The notes beneath the pieces were generated by a model. That model was not told the origin of the DNA, did no database searches, and saw only the letters and a program-made list of their open reading frames with translations. From Clostridia bacterium (GTDB lineage Bacteria > Bacillota > Clostridia > Peptostreptococcales > Anaerovoracaceae), in the NCBI GenBank assembly GCA_900766045.1, contig CAAFTW010000046.1, forward strand, positions 23,764 through 87,763: a DNA stretch of 64,000 bases, given 5' to 3'. Both the position numbers and the translations under genes were made by a program. This document shows positions 9,437-19,081 of the stretch, in pieces (position 1 is the stretch's first letter; each line of letters begins with the position of its first letter).

Positions 9437-10021
9437 CTAGAGATTGTCCTGTTTTCTGAAGACCAGTCTGCAGTCATCCATGCTGTCGACGATGGCCAGG
9501 CTGGTAACATCGTAGCCTTTCTCGCGGAGTTCGTCTCCGCCGTGCTGGAAACCTTTTTCGATGGCAATGCCGATGCCGGCAACCTCTGCGCCTGCCTGCC
9601 TGCAGATGTCCAGAAGGCCGTGCATGGCTTTTCCTGTTGCCATGAAGTCATCGATGATCAGGACCTTGTCGTCAGGCCCCAGGTACTTCTTTGACAGGGT
9701 GATGTCGTAATCCTTATCATACGTATAGGAATGAACACGGGAGGTGAAGACATCTCCGTCGATGTTCTTGCTCTTTGCTTTTTTGGCAAAAACGAACGGA
9801 ACATGGAAATAACGGGCGGTGAGAGCCGCGATGGCAATTCCGGATGATTCAATCGTCAGGATGCGGGTGATGCCGCTCTTTCCGTATTTCTTATAAAAGG
9901 CTTCGCCGATCTGATCCAGAACGGAAACGTCAATCTGGTGATTGAGAAACGAGTCGACCTTCAGGATATTACCCGGGCGGACGTGGCCGTCCTTTAAAAT
10001 TCGCTCTTCAAGAAAATTCAT
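9437..10021 (-). CDS. xpt: Xanthine phosphoribosyltransferase
   Basis: MNFLEERILKDG...VLIIDDFMATGKA PRPP-binding motif. AGGAGG ribosome-binding site before the ATG at 10021. The ORF track extends 24 codons further upstream; I think that extension is spurious. Confidence 0.88.
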   Translation of the reverse strand: MNFLEERILKDGHVRPGNILKVDSFLNHQIDVSVLDQIGEAFYKKYGKSGITRILTIESSGIAIAALTARYFHVPFVFAKKAKSKNIDGDVFTSRVHSYTYDKDYDITLSKKYLGPDDKVLIIDDFMATGKAMHGLLDICRQAGAEVAGIGIAIEKGFQHGGDELREKGYDVTSLAIVDSMDDCRLVFRKQDNL

Positions 10022-10337
10022 CTGCTCCTCCTGTGTACGGTAATCTGTTAAATGGTTGACATCTATTATACTTGATTCTGTCAGGTCAGGCAATTCAATC
10101 CAGTAAATTTACGCAGTAATGAAGCAGCTTTTCTGCTTATCCATGCAGATATACATACTGAGACAGCGTAATTTGTTTACTTCATGCAAGAAAGAGGACA
10201 GAAAATCTGCGACAGGATTTTACAAAATGGTAAAGATATCCTGTATACATATATGATAGAATATGAACATCACCCTTCTGTGCTGCTGGATGCGGACTGG
10301 AATGCGGATGAAATAAAGACAGAGGAAGATAAAAGCG

Positions 10338-11012
10338 ATGAAAAACTATAAATATATATTCTGGGACCTGGATGGAACAATTATCAACAGTTATGACGGC
10401 GTGACCCGGAGTGTGCAGTATGCACTTTCGAAGTTCGGGATCAATGAGAAAGATCCGGAGACGCTCCGCCGCTATATCGGCCCGCCGCTGCGGGATTCAT
10501 TCCAGAAGATTTCCGGTCTGACAAAAGAGCAGGCAGATCAGGGTCTGGAGTATTACCGGGAACGCTATAATAAGATCGGTCTGTTTGAGTGTGATCTCTT
10601 CCCGCAGGTGAAGGAGACGCTTCAGTATTACCAGGCAAAGGGAAAAGTACAGTTTTTATCTTCTTCCAAGCCGGAAGTCATGTGCAGAAAAATCCTGCAT
10701 AATCTCAAGGTGGAAAAGTGTTTTGATGAAATCGTCGGAGCCAGCCTGGATGGAAAAATTGACACGAAGCAGGAGGTCCTGCAGGAGGCCTTCCGCCGGG
10801 CTGAATCCTACAGCGGAGACAAGCGTCCGCCTTTTCAGAAAAAAGACGTCGTGCTGATCGGAGATACGAAATTCGACGCCGACGGAGCGAGAAAATGTGG
10901 GATTGACTGTATCGGGGTCGAATATGGTTTCGGAACGGATGAAGAGCTGCGGGAGCATGGTGTACTGGCGATTGCAGATGATCTTCAGGAGCTCCGCGCG
11001 ATGCTCCCTTAG
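10338..11012 (+). CDS. HAD-IA family hydrolase (phosphatase)
   Basis: IFWDLDGTIINS (DxDGT motif I)...GDTKFD (motif IV). Confidence 0.8.
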   Translation: MKNYKYIFWDLDGTIINSYDGVTRSVQYALSKFGINEKDPETLRRYIGPPLRDSFQKISGLTKEQADQGLEYYRERYNKIGLFECDLFPQVKETLQYYQAKGKVQFLSSSKPEVMCRKILHNLKVEKCFDEIVGASLDGKIDTKQEVLQEAFRRAESYSGDKRPPFQKKDVVLIGDTKFDADGARKCGIDCIGVEYGFGTDEELREHGVLAIADDLQELRAMLP

Positions 11013-11243
11013 CCGGGAAATGAGCAGCTGGGAAAAGTTTTGTTCGTCTGCGGCAGCAGAGATTCTCGTGTTTGGATGTAGATACATAATCTTGCGCATT
11101 TACTTTTGTCGAATGAACAAGAAATGGAAATTATCCGTCTGTTATCCCAAAAAATACCATACCTGGTCATTCGAAAGCGCAGATCTATGTTATAATCACA
11201 CATGGGTTAAGGATTTGGATTGATTTTGAATGGAGGAGAGAAA

Positions 11244-12455
11244 ATGTACACGAAAGAAAATTTTCTGGAAGCTGCAAAAATCGTCAAAGAGGTTACTCTG
11301 CCGACGAATTTGATCCACAGTGAGTTTTACAGCAGGCTGACTGGCGCAGACGTTTATCTGAAGCCGGAGAACCTGCAGCGCACGGGCGCATACAAGGTCC
11401 GTGGTTCCTATTATAAGATCAGCAAGATGAGTGAAGAGGACCGGGCAAAGGGGCTGGTTACAGCATCTGCCGGAAATCATGCTCAGGGTGTTGCTTATGC
11501 AGCGCAGAAGTTTGGATGCCGTGAAGTCATCGTTATGCCGGTCGGAACTCCGCTGATCAAGGTAAAGAGAACCAAGGCTTATGGCGCCGAGGTTGTCCTG
11601 TACGGAGATGTCTATGATGATGCTTATGCCTATGCGCAGAAGCTGGCTGATGAACAGGGGCTGACCATGGTTCATCCATTCGATGACTTCGATGTTTCCA
11701 CTGGGCAGGGATCCATTGCTGTAGAGATTCTGGATGAGCTTCCGGACTGCGATATGATTCTGGCTCCGATTGGAGGCGGCGGCCTTTCCACAGGTGTTGC
11801 AGTCTGCGCCAAGATGCTGAAGCCGGAAATTGAAGTAGTCGGTGTAGAGCCGAGAAAGGCTGCAAGCATGACGGCTGCTCTTGAGGCCGGACATCCGGTA
11901 GAGCTGGCAAGCGCCATGACCATTGCTGACGGAACTGCCGTTAAGAAGGTCGGCGAGAACGTGTTCCCGTATGCAAGAGATAATATCGACAGAGTCCTCT
12001 GTGTCGATGATGAGGACCTGGTCGGATCTTTCATTGATATGGTAGAAAATCACAAGCTGGTTGTAGAGAACTCCGGACTTCTGAGTGTATCTGCGCTGAA
12101 GCAGATGAATCTGAAGGGAAAGAAGGTTGTCTGCATTCTGAGCGGCGGAAACATGGATGTTACAACTATGGGTTCCATGATTGAGAATGGTCTGATTCAG
12201 AGAGGCCGTGTATTTACCGTTACCATCCGTGTACCGGATAAGCCGGGACAGATTGCGGAGATGACACGCATCGCCGCTGAGCATAAGGCCAATATCCTGC
12301 GCATTGACCACAACCGCTGGGTAAGCACCAACCGTGCACAGGCAGTTGAAGTCACGGTAACCTTTGAGTCCTTCGACTCTGAGCATAAGAAGGAGATCAT
12401 GAAAGCATTGTCAGATGCGGGATTCTCACTGAACGAGGTTGGCGTACGCATGTAG
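11244..12455 (+). CDS. ilvA: Threonine ammonia-lyase (PLP-dependent) with a single C-terminal ACT-like domain
   Basis: PLP lysine context (LQRTGAYKVRGSYYK), Gly-rich GGGGL loop, C-terminal regulatory domain. GGAGGAG ribosome-binding site before the ATG at 11244. Confidence 0.88.
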   Translation: MYTKENFLEAAKIVKEVTLPTNLIHSEFYSRLTGADVYLKPENLQRTGAYKVRGSYYKISKMSEEDRAKGLVTASAGNHAQGVAYAAQKFGCREVIVMPVGTPLIKVKRTKAYGAEVVLYGDVYDDAYAYAQKLADEQGLTMVHPFDDFDVSTGQGSIAVEILDELPDCDMILAPIGGGGLSTGVAVCAKMLKPEIEVVGVEPRKAASMTAALEAGHPVELASAMTIADGTAVKKVGENVFPYARDNIDRVLCVDDEDLVGSFIDMVENHKLVVENSGLLSVSALKQMNLKGKKVVCILSGGNMDVTTMGSMIENGLIQRGRVFTVTIRVPDKPGQIAEMTRIAAEHKANILRIDHNRWVSTNRAQAVEVTVTFESFDSEHKKEIMKALSDAGFSLNEVGVRM

Positions 12456-12571
12456 TTCGGAGCAGCCTCTTAAGCTGCATTGGGCGCTTTAATTTCTTAA
12501 GCTTTGTTAAGATAAAATTTGCTTTTTCTTAAGAATTATATTAGAATAAGGGAAAAGTCTGCGGGCGGAAT

Positions 12572-12615
12572 AAGTTTTTTATTCTGCCCGTTATTTGTTA
12601 TTAAGAACAAAATAA
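12572..12615 (+). terminator. Rho-independent terminator after ilvA
   Basis: GCGGGCGGAATAAG...TTATTCTGCCCG stem followed by TTATTTGTTATT. Confidence 0.6.
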
Positions 12616-12682
12616 AACTGAGCAAGGGGCAGGCATGGCAGAATGCCGGCACCAACAGGAAATGCAGAGAGGAGAGAACGTA

Positions 12683-14002
12683 ATGATCAGCTTTACCGGA
12701 TCCGCGGGAAACAGACTTTCCGGACATGCAGGTTATGAAAAGAAAAACAGGACCTTTCAGAAGGCGGCAAGGGGTGCTGCGGCAGTCGTGCTGACGATGA
12801 CGATGGCAGCGGCGCTGGCGGTTCCTTCTGTCAGCTATGCAGACACGGCTTCAGATACCGATACATCCGACACGGCTGTGACGCCTGTCACGACGACCGT
12901 GTCCGGTTATGCGCGTACACATAATCGTAAGGACTATTCGAAGACCATGACAGACACGATCAAGGTTGCGCCGGCTTACGGCCGTCAGGTCAAACTTTAT
13001 CACTATAACCCGGATACGAAGAAGTGGGTGAAAGACAGCACTTATACAACAGACGACAGTTACCAGTCAAGCGTAAAGCTGGTATTCAATAATTTCTGGA
13101 AGACCAGATACACGACGAAGTATAAGATTGTCATGGATGCGGTAGAAGGGGACGGTTCTTCCTATACAGGAGACTCGACTACGAAAGAGGCGTTTCAGTC
13201 CGAGGGAGCGACCAAACTTTCCTCGAAGATGACCACGACCTTTAATCCGGTGACCGCGAAGACAGCCGTTGTCATGAATGCGGATACGCATGAGCTCGTC
13301 TATCAGAAGAACCCGGATACACAGAGAAAGCCGGCCAGCATGACCAAGATGATGACCGCTATTCTGCTTCGTCAAAATTTCACACTGGGTCATAAGGTAA
13401 CGATCACGTCCGAGGCGGCTCATACACCCTGGGGAATTGGTCTGAAAGCTGGAGACACCATGACGGTGAGAAACCTGCTCTACGCCATGTTCCTCCCATC
13501 TGCCAACGATGCGGCCTGTGCGGCGGGAATCGCAGTAGGCGGAAGCACCAGCAATTTTGCTTCCATGATGAATGAAAAGGCAGAGGAGCTGGGCTGCACC
13601 AATACGGTGTATAAAAACGCCCACGGCCTGGACACAACGGGAAATTACTCCACCGCACGTGATCAGGCTCTGATCGGAAGCTATATCATGACAGACTCCA
13701 GCCTCAATGCTCTGCGCAGTGTGGCAAAAAAGAAAAGCAAGGTGATTTATTCCGGAAAGGGAAGAAAATACACCCTGTATAACACAGACGCCCTTCTTGG
13801 AACAGGAAACTTCCAGGGCCTGAAGACAGGAACAACGACACTGGGCGGATACTGTTTCTGCGGAGCCTACACCGTAAACGGCCAGATGTATGTCAGCGTC
13901 GTCATGGCTTCCTCCACCTCCTCCGGACGTTTTACCGACACGAAAACCCTTGCCGGACTGACGGATTATCTGGAAAACAGTGCACAGAATCAGACCGCAT
14001 AG
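12683..14002 (+). CDS. Serine-type D-Ala-D-Ala carboxypeptidase (peptidase S11/PBP5-like) with a long N-terminal secreted extension
   Basis: Signal peptide, SxxK motif (PASMTKMMT), SAN-like (PSANDAA) and KTG (LKTGTT) motifs. GGAGAGAA ribosome-binding site before the ATG at 12683. Confidence 0.85.
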   Translation: MISFTGSAGNRLSGHAGYEKKNRTFQKAARGAAAVVLTMTMAAALAVPSVSYADTASDTDTSDTAVTPVTTTVSGYARTHNRKDYSKTMTDTIKVAPAYGRQVKLYHYNPDTKKWVKDSTYTTDDSYQSSVKLVFNNFWKTRYTTKYKIVMDAVEGDGSSYTGDSTTKEAFQSEGATKLSSKMTTTFNPVTAKTAVVMNADTHELVYQKNPDTQRKPASMTKMMTAILLRQNFTLGHKVTITSEAAHTPWGIGLKAGDTMTVRNLLYAMFLPSANDAACAAGIAVGGSTSNFASMMNEKAEELGCTNTVYKNAHGLDTTGNYSTARDQALIGSYIMTDSSLNALRSVAKKKSKVIYSGKGRKYTLYNTDALLGTGNFQGLKTGTTTLGGYCFCGAYTVNGQMYVSVVMASSTSSGRFTDTKTLAGLTDYLENSAQNQTA

Positions 14003-14114
14003 ACATTTTATCGGGAGAATGTGTGAAGAGAGTCTGAAATGTGCGTCATCAGATGGACGACAGCTGAATTTATGTGTTAGAATAACAGGATGAATAGAAA
14101 GAAGGTGTCGAACG

Positions 14115-14426
14115 ATGAAAAAGTTTGTCAAGCTTGTAATCAGCCGTGACTTTAATCAGGAGCTGTCGGTTGATGTCATGGATTTCCCGCAGGGACGAGA
14201 CGCAGAACCGCGCAGGAGGTTTACTCTGACCCTGGATTACGGAAAATATGATGTTTCACCGCTGCTGAACGATCATCTGACACTGGATCAGGCCGTTGAG
14301 CACTACCGTGACCAGCTGTACAGAAGTATCGCAGGCCTGCTGATGACTGACTGGGAGTGTGCGGAAGAGGATCTGACAACCATCCTGAATACCATCCGGG
14401 AAAAGATCGCTCCGTATTTTCAGTAA
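14115..14426 (+). CDS. Hypothetical small cytoplasmic protein
   Basis: 103-aa ORF with a GAAGG ribosome-binding site. No recognisable motif. Sits directly upstream of a small membrane protein. Confidence 0.45.
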   Translation: MKKFVKLVISRDFNQELSVDVMDFPQGRDAEPRRRFTLTLDYGKYDVSPLLNDHLTLDQAVEHYRDQLYRSIAGLLMTDWECAEEDLTTILNTIREKIAPYFQ

Positions 14427-14467
14427 TATATTTATTCGTTATTATTTTTATCTGGAATGGGGGACCC

Positions 14468-14836
14468 ATGGAAAAAGAAAATCTGAACAAGCAGAACACA
14501 GTAGAAGAGAATATTGTGTCCGCTGAGGAAACAAAAGCGGAGACAAAAAAGACAGGCAAGGCCAAAAAGGCACAGAAAAAAGGATCAAGCAGATGGCTGC
14601 AGATCTGTCTTCTGGTATTGTCACTTATCTTTGTCGCCATGTTTGTATACACGCTGGTTTACAACATTCTGTACATCAAGAATTATGCATCCAGCTATGG
14701 CGTAAGTATTACAAGCATCCTTGGACAGGCGATTAATTCCATTCTCTCTGCAATTCTTCCGTACACAGCATATGCGGCACTGACATTCACTGCGTACAAG
14801 ATTCTCACGATTGTTTCCGGAAAGCAGGAGAAATAG
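14468..14836 (+). CDS. Hypothetical small membrane protein (Lys-rich N-terminus, two predicted transmembrane helices)
   Basis: GGGGGA ribosome-binding site before the ATG at 14468. Hydrophobic segments (LQICLLVLSLIFVAMFVYTLVYNIL and ILSAILPYTAYAALTF). Confidence 0.5.
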   Translation: MEKENLNKQNTVEENIVSAEETKAETKKTGKAKKAQKKGSSRWLQICLLVLSLIFVAMFVYTLVYNILYIKNYASSYGVSITSILGQAINSILSAILPYTAYAALTFTAYKILTIVSGKQEK

Positions 14837-14894
14837 TAGAAAACAGAGAGTTTTCTGCAGACAGACGAAATCATATCGGAATCCATTCCATGAA

Positions 14895-14955
14895 AAAGAG
14901 AACAAAAAAACAGTCGGGCAGTCGATTCTGTCCGGCTGTTTTTTATGCTCCAAGA
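14895..14955. terminator. Bidirectional terminator between the small membrane protein gene (+) and sstT (-)
   Basis: AAAAAAACAGTCGGGCAG...CTGTCCGGCTGTTTTTTAT. An A-tract and a T-tract flank an imperfect stem. Confidence 0.55.
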
Positions 14956-15001
14956 GAAGAACAGAGCAAAGGATAGGCATTCAGCCCGTTTTTACCCCTG
15001 C

Positions 15002-16312
15002 TTATTTCTCTGTATTTTCTGTTGTGTAGTGATGTTTATGCGTATTGCTCTCTTCTACAACAGTGGTTCCGCCAAGGAATGTCGGCAGACTCTTTCCCTT
15101 TCTCTTCCAGGAAAGATATTCCGCAGTTGCGGTCCAGAGTACGTCTCCGGAGGAGTTCAGTGCAGTTTCCAGCGCGTCCTGAACAACGCCGACGATAAAA
15201 CCGACGGCGACAACCTGCATTGCGATTTCGTTGGAAATTCCGAACAGTGAGCAGGCCATCGGGATCAGCAGCAGGGAACCTCCGGCAACTCCGGATGCTC
15301 CGCATGCAGCGAACGCGGACAGGATACACAGTACGATAGCTGACGGAAGGTCAACGTTAATGCCCAGTGTATGTGCGCAGGCCATGGTCATGACAGAAAT
15401 CGTTACGGATGCTCCGTTCATATTGATGGTGGATCCCAGCGGGATGGAAACGGAATACATGTCCTCATCCAGACCGAGGCGTTTGCAGAGTCCCATGTTT
15501 ACCGGGATGTTCGCTGCTGAACTTCTGGTGAAGAATGCGGTGATCGCAGAACCCTTGATGCATCTCCAGAGCAGCGGATATGGGTTCCTTCTCAGAACGA
15601 TGAACTCGATCAGAGGGTTGACCAGCAGCGCTGCAGTAAGCATGCATCCGACCAGGAGCAGAAGCAGCTTTCCATAGGTTGTGAAAATAGAAAGTCCGTT
15701 TGTGGATACGTTGGTGTAAACGATACCCATAATTCCGAACGGTGCAAAGTTGATGACCCAGCGTACACCCTGCTGAACCGCGTCGGAAAGGTCTTTCATG
15801 AAACGCTGCGAATTCGGTGCGGCAAAACGCTTCAGTGCAAGGCCGAAAATTACTGCCCATGCCAGAATGCCGAGGTAATTGGCGTTGACCAGCGCGTTGA
15901 CCGGGTTGTCGACGATGTTCATCAACAGGTTGTGAACGATCTGTCCGAATCCGTGAACAACGCTGTCTGCGTGGTAAGCCTTCGCGAATTTAATCGTCTG
16001 CGGGAACATAAAGCTTCCGATAACTGCGACAACGCCGCCCATCGATGTACCGATCAGATACAGAACAATGACTGTGCCGAAACGGCGGTCCAGCTTGCTG
16101 GACCCCTGACATAGTGCTGCGATAACGATGACGAATACCAGAACCGGCGCGATGGCTTTCAGTGCTCCGACGAACAGGTCTCCGAGAATGGAGATGGCTG
16201 CCAGATTCTTGAAAGCAACACCAAGCACAGCTCCGATAACCAGCCCGATAATGATACGGATGATCAGACTTGTATCATTGTACTTATGGGCAATCGCTTT
16301 TAGAACTGTCAT
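15002..16312 (-). CDS. sstT: Serine/threonine transporter (dicarboxylate/amino acid:cation symporter family)
   Basis: The N-terminus (MTVLKAIAHKY...IIIGLVIGAVLG) and overall topology match SstT. A perfect AGGAGG precedes the second in-frame ATG at 16312. Confidence 0.8.
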   Translation of the reverse strand: MTVLKAIAHKYNDTSLIIRIIIGLVIGAVLGVAFKNLAAISILGDLFVGALKAIAPVLVFVIVIAALCQGSSKLDRRFGTVIVLYLIGTSMGGVVAVIGSFMFPQTIKFAKAYHADSVVHGFGQIVHNLLMNIVDNPVNALVNANYLGILAWAVIFGLALKRFAAPNSQRFMKDLSDAVQQGVRWVINFAPFGIMGIVYTNVSTNGLSIFTTYGKLLLLLVGCMLTAALLVNPLIEFIVLRRNPYPLLWRCIKGSAITAFFTRSSAANIPVNMGLCKRLGLDEDMYSVSIPLGSTINMNGASVTISVMTMACAHTLGINVDLPSAIVLCILSAFAACGASGVAGGSLLLIPMACSLFGISNEIAMQVVAVGFIVGVVQDALETALNSSGDVLWTATAEYLSWKRKGKSLPTFLGGTTVVEESNTHKHHYTTENTEK

Positions 16313-16809
16313 AATGGTCCTCCTAACCATAAAATAAAGTTGTGGTTTAATAAATTACATATTAATTCTACTACATTCTATTGTACTTGAAAACAGAAAA
16401 GACGTGTTAATTTTTAACTTTTTACCATGTTTTATGTACAGAATACAGTATACATACATGAAATCTGTGGAAGATCACGGTGCGTATGGCATAGAATCAA
16501 CAGATTCTATTTCTTCGGACTGCAGCTTTTGGCAGGTGAATATTTGCATGTTCTTGTGACAAAACAATAACTTAACAAGTGATTGACGGCCGATCTGTTA
16601 TCAGGCTCTGGCCTATAACCGCAATATTACGCTGTCTGCGGAATTTGAAGCAGGACATTTGAATAATTGAGATTTATTTCAGTAAATTTTCACAATTAAG
16701 GATGCATTAGTCACGGTTGAATGGTATAATATGAAATGTATGAAAGAGAATTCATTTATAGTTGAAAAATATAATAAACAATTATTGTTTGAAGGAAAGG
16801 AATGTCACG

Positions 16810-17784
16810 ATGCTTGAAAAAACGAATATCAAGAAGGCGAGACTCCTGTATATCCTGAAGCTGCTTGATGAGAAGACGGATAAGGATCATCCGGTAACGA
16901 CAAATGAAATTCTGGAGTATATCAACTCTCTGGGCATGACGGCTGAAAGGAAGACAATTAAAACCGATATGAATCTGCTGATGGATATCGGCTATAAGAT
17001 TGTGTTCATGAAAAGTTCGCCAAACCGTTATTACCTTGAAGAGCACGCTTTGTCCTTCGATGAGATGAAGCTTCTGAAGGATGTGATTCTGTCATCGCCG
17101 CTTCTGACGGATAAGGAAGCTGAAAAGCTGACCGGTAAGATCGCGAAGATGGGAAGCTGCTATCAGCACGATGCACTGATGGGACACGCGTCTGTACTGC
17201 GTCACGCGCATCGCGACGAATCCCTTGAGCTTGATGAATATGCGGCAGTCAGCGATGCCATTGACCGGGGAAAGAAGATTCTGTTCCGCTATCTGGAGTA
17301 CACGCCGGACAAGCAGAAGGTTCTGCGTCACGACGGTGAAGTGTATAAAGCAACGCCGTATGCGTTCTGGTGTGATGAGTCCGGCTGTCATCTGATCGCG
17401 TGGCTGGAGAAACTGCAGGGAATTGCGGAATTCCGCGCGGAGAGGCTGGAGAACGTTGAGGTTCTGGATGAAGACGGTGCGCCACTGCCGGAAGGTATGG
17501 ATCTGATGGATTACAGAAACAGGATTTTTGATCCGTTTAATGAGGAAACAGCTTCTGTACAGCTTCTGTGCGAGAATTCTGTTATGAATGATATTATCGC
17601 CAAGTTCGGTGAGAATGTTAATACGCACACGATCAGCCGCAACCGTTTCCAGGTGACCGCGGCAGCACAGCTTGGTCCTGCCTTCTATGCCTGGGTGTTT
17701 AAATTTGGCGGGAAAGTGCAGATTAAGAGCCCAAAGCGTGCAGCATCAGAATTCCAGCGTATGATTTATGCGCAGATGCGCTAG
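16810..17784 (+). CDS. WYL-domain transcriptional regulator (N-terminal wHTH, central WYL, C-terminal WCX-like region)
   Basis: HTH region (ARLLYILKLLDEKTDKDHPVTTNEILEYI) and a WYL-type segment (..FRYLEYTPDKQKVLRHDGEVYKATPYAFWCDESGCHLIAW..). Ribosome-binding site GGAAAGGAA. Confidence 0.7.
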   Translation: MLEKTNIKKARLLYILKLLDEKTDKDHPVTTNEILEYINSLGMTAERKTIKTDMNLLMDIGYKIVFMKSSPNRYYLEEHALSFDEMKLLKDVILSSPLLTDKEAEKLTGKIAKMGSCYQHDALMGHASVLRHAHRDESLELDEYAAVSDAIDRGKKILFRYLEYTPDKQKVLRHDGEVYKATPYAFWCDESGCHLIAWLEKLQGIAEFRAERLENVEVLDEDGAPLPEGMDLMDYRNRIFDPFNEETASVQLLCENSVMNDIIAKFGENVNTHTISRNRFQVTAAAQLGPAFYAWVFKFGGKVQIKSPKRAASEFQRMIYAQMR

Positions 17785-17794
17785 AGGCTTGCAG

Positions 17795-18478
17795 ATGGCA
17801 GGCTGTATGAATGTGTATTTTATGCGTCATGGCGAAACGTCGTATAATCGTCAGCATCTGCTTCAGGGGCAGAAAGACATTCCGCTGAATGAAGCAGGCC
17901 GGAAACAGGCAGAGGACGCGGCAGAATGGTGCAGGGAAAGAGGCATATGTTTCAGCAGAGTGTACGCAAGTCCACTGGAGCGTGCAAGGGAGACCGCGGC
18001 GCTGGTCAGCGGTTTTCCGCAGGATCGGATCATCATAGAAAAGCAGATTATCGAAATCGATTTTGGTCCTGTGGAAGGAAGAAAATGGGAGGATCTTTCT
18101 GCTGAGGAGATGGATTACATCAATGATCCGTGGGAAGGAAAACCGATTGAAGGTGTAGAAAGCGCGGATCACGTAATTGCCCGTGTTCGTGTATTTCTGG
18201 ACGAGCTGCACCGTTCGGCAGAACAGCTTTCTGCAGACGGAGAAAAGCAGATTACAAGCGAATCCACAGAGCTGTCTTCTGAAGGGACTGAAAAACCATC
18301 TGTGCTGGTGGTGACGCACGGTATGGCGCTTCACGGAATTCTCACGGCGCTGACGAAAGACCGGGGTCTCTGGAAAGTTCCGCTGGGAAACTGCTGTATC
18401 TTTCATTCCCGCCTGGATGAAGAAAATGGATATTCCTGGCCGGAGCGCCTGACGCCGCCGCTGCCGACATTCCGTTAA
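17795..18478 (+). CDS. Histidine phosphatase family protein (phosphoglycerate-mutase-like)
   Basis: MNVYFMRHGETSYN (RHG catalytic motif)...VVTHGMALHG. The start is uncertain: ATGs lie at 17795 and 17807, and the ORF track extends to 17768, overlapping the end of the WYL-regulator gene. Confidence 0.7.
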   Translation: MAGCMNVYFMRHGETSYNRQHLLQGQKDIPLNEAGRKQAEDAAEWCRERGICFSRVYASPLERARETAALVSGFPQDRIIIEKQIIEIDFGPVEGRKWEDLSAEEMDYINDPWEGKPIEGVESADHVIARVRVFLDELHRSAEQLSADGEKQITSESTELSSEGTEKPSVLVVTHGMALHGILTALTKDRGLWKVPLGNCCIFHSRLDEENGYSWPERLTPPLPTFR

Positions 18479-18720
18479 AAGCCGGTAATTAATAGGTGAT
18501 TTCGATACGGGATGACAGCAGAATATTCGATAATTATGTGATCAGGAAGAATAACACGGTTATTCATTTCCCCGTTCGCAGATAAACGGCTGCGGATGGG
18601 GATTTTGTTTACTCTGCACAAAAAACTGTGCAGAAATTGTCAGATGCGGTTGACAGATTGATAAATCTATGAGACACTAATTAACATAATAAACAGAAGA
18701 GATAGAGGCGCACCCTCTAA

Positions 18721-19030
18721 TCAGTAGGTTTTCCTTAAGGATGTACATATCCGGAGGGCAGAAAGGTAGGGGTGCCGAGGCTGGATTTTCCATGTACGGG
18801 GAATTTCAGCTGGGCGTACAGAATAAGATCTGTGCGACTGTCGCAGAGCGCGGACTTCCGAGAAGACGTGTGAGGAATGCGGAGCGCTATCCTGGATGAT
18901 TACCTTGGCGTGTTGTTTTTGTCGTGTGCAGGGCGGGCCCCGGAGGGGGATTTCCGTTTCCATCTGACAGAATGCGCCATGTACAGGAATTTTTCAGGCA
19001 GCTGATTTCGCATCAGCTGTTTATTTTTAT
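18721..19030 (+). promoter_or_regulatory. GC-rich, apparently structured non-coding leader ending in an intrinsic terminator (18997..19030) about 50 nt upstream of nhaC; candidate riboswitch or attenuator of unknown class
   Basis: No convincing ORF in the 310-nt stretch. It contains the pseudo-repeats CCATGTAC(G/A)GG(G)AAT at about 18790 and 18976. The terminal hairpin is GCAGCTGAT-ttcgc-ATCAGCTG followed by TTTATTTTTA. Confidence 0.4.
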
Positions 19031-19081
19031 GTTATTATCAATTTCATTAAAGTTTCTAACTAAAGAGAGAGGAGATTGCTC

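Noticed and set aside
10022-10337. Expected guanine/purine riboswitch in the xpt 5' leader.
   Set aside because: Reading the minus-strand leader, I could not find the conserved purine-aptamer cores (GGAUAUGGC, GUUUCUACC, CCGUAAAU). I found only a small hairpin (AAGCAGaaaaGCUGCUU). The region is not called as a riboswitch. An Infernal scan would settle this.
11196-12386. Long antisense ORFs opposite ilvA (396 aa). Equivalent long antisense ORFs lie opposite the carboxypeptidase gene (13067..14131), hcp (28445..29989), feoB (42458..44017), the GTPase-NYN gene (47997..48914), dxr (53247..54119), rseP (54451..55347), polC (58299..60260), nrdD (61144..63030), nhaC (19682..20464), fabD/fabG (7747..8469), copA/csoR (34441..35704) and znuB/znuC (24635..25712).
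   Set aside because: Each lies entirely inside a well-supported, motif-rich gene on the other strand. They have no ribosome-binding site and low-complexity translations. They are typical shadow ORFs in GC-rich coding DNA.
18721-18963. 80-aa minus-strand ORF inside the nhaC leader.
   Set aside because: No ribosome-binding site, an Arg/Pro/Ser/His-rich translation, and location in a region that looks like structured RNA with a terminator.
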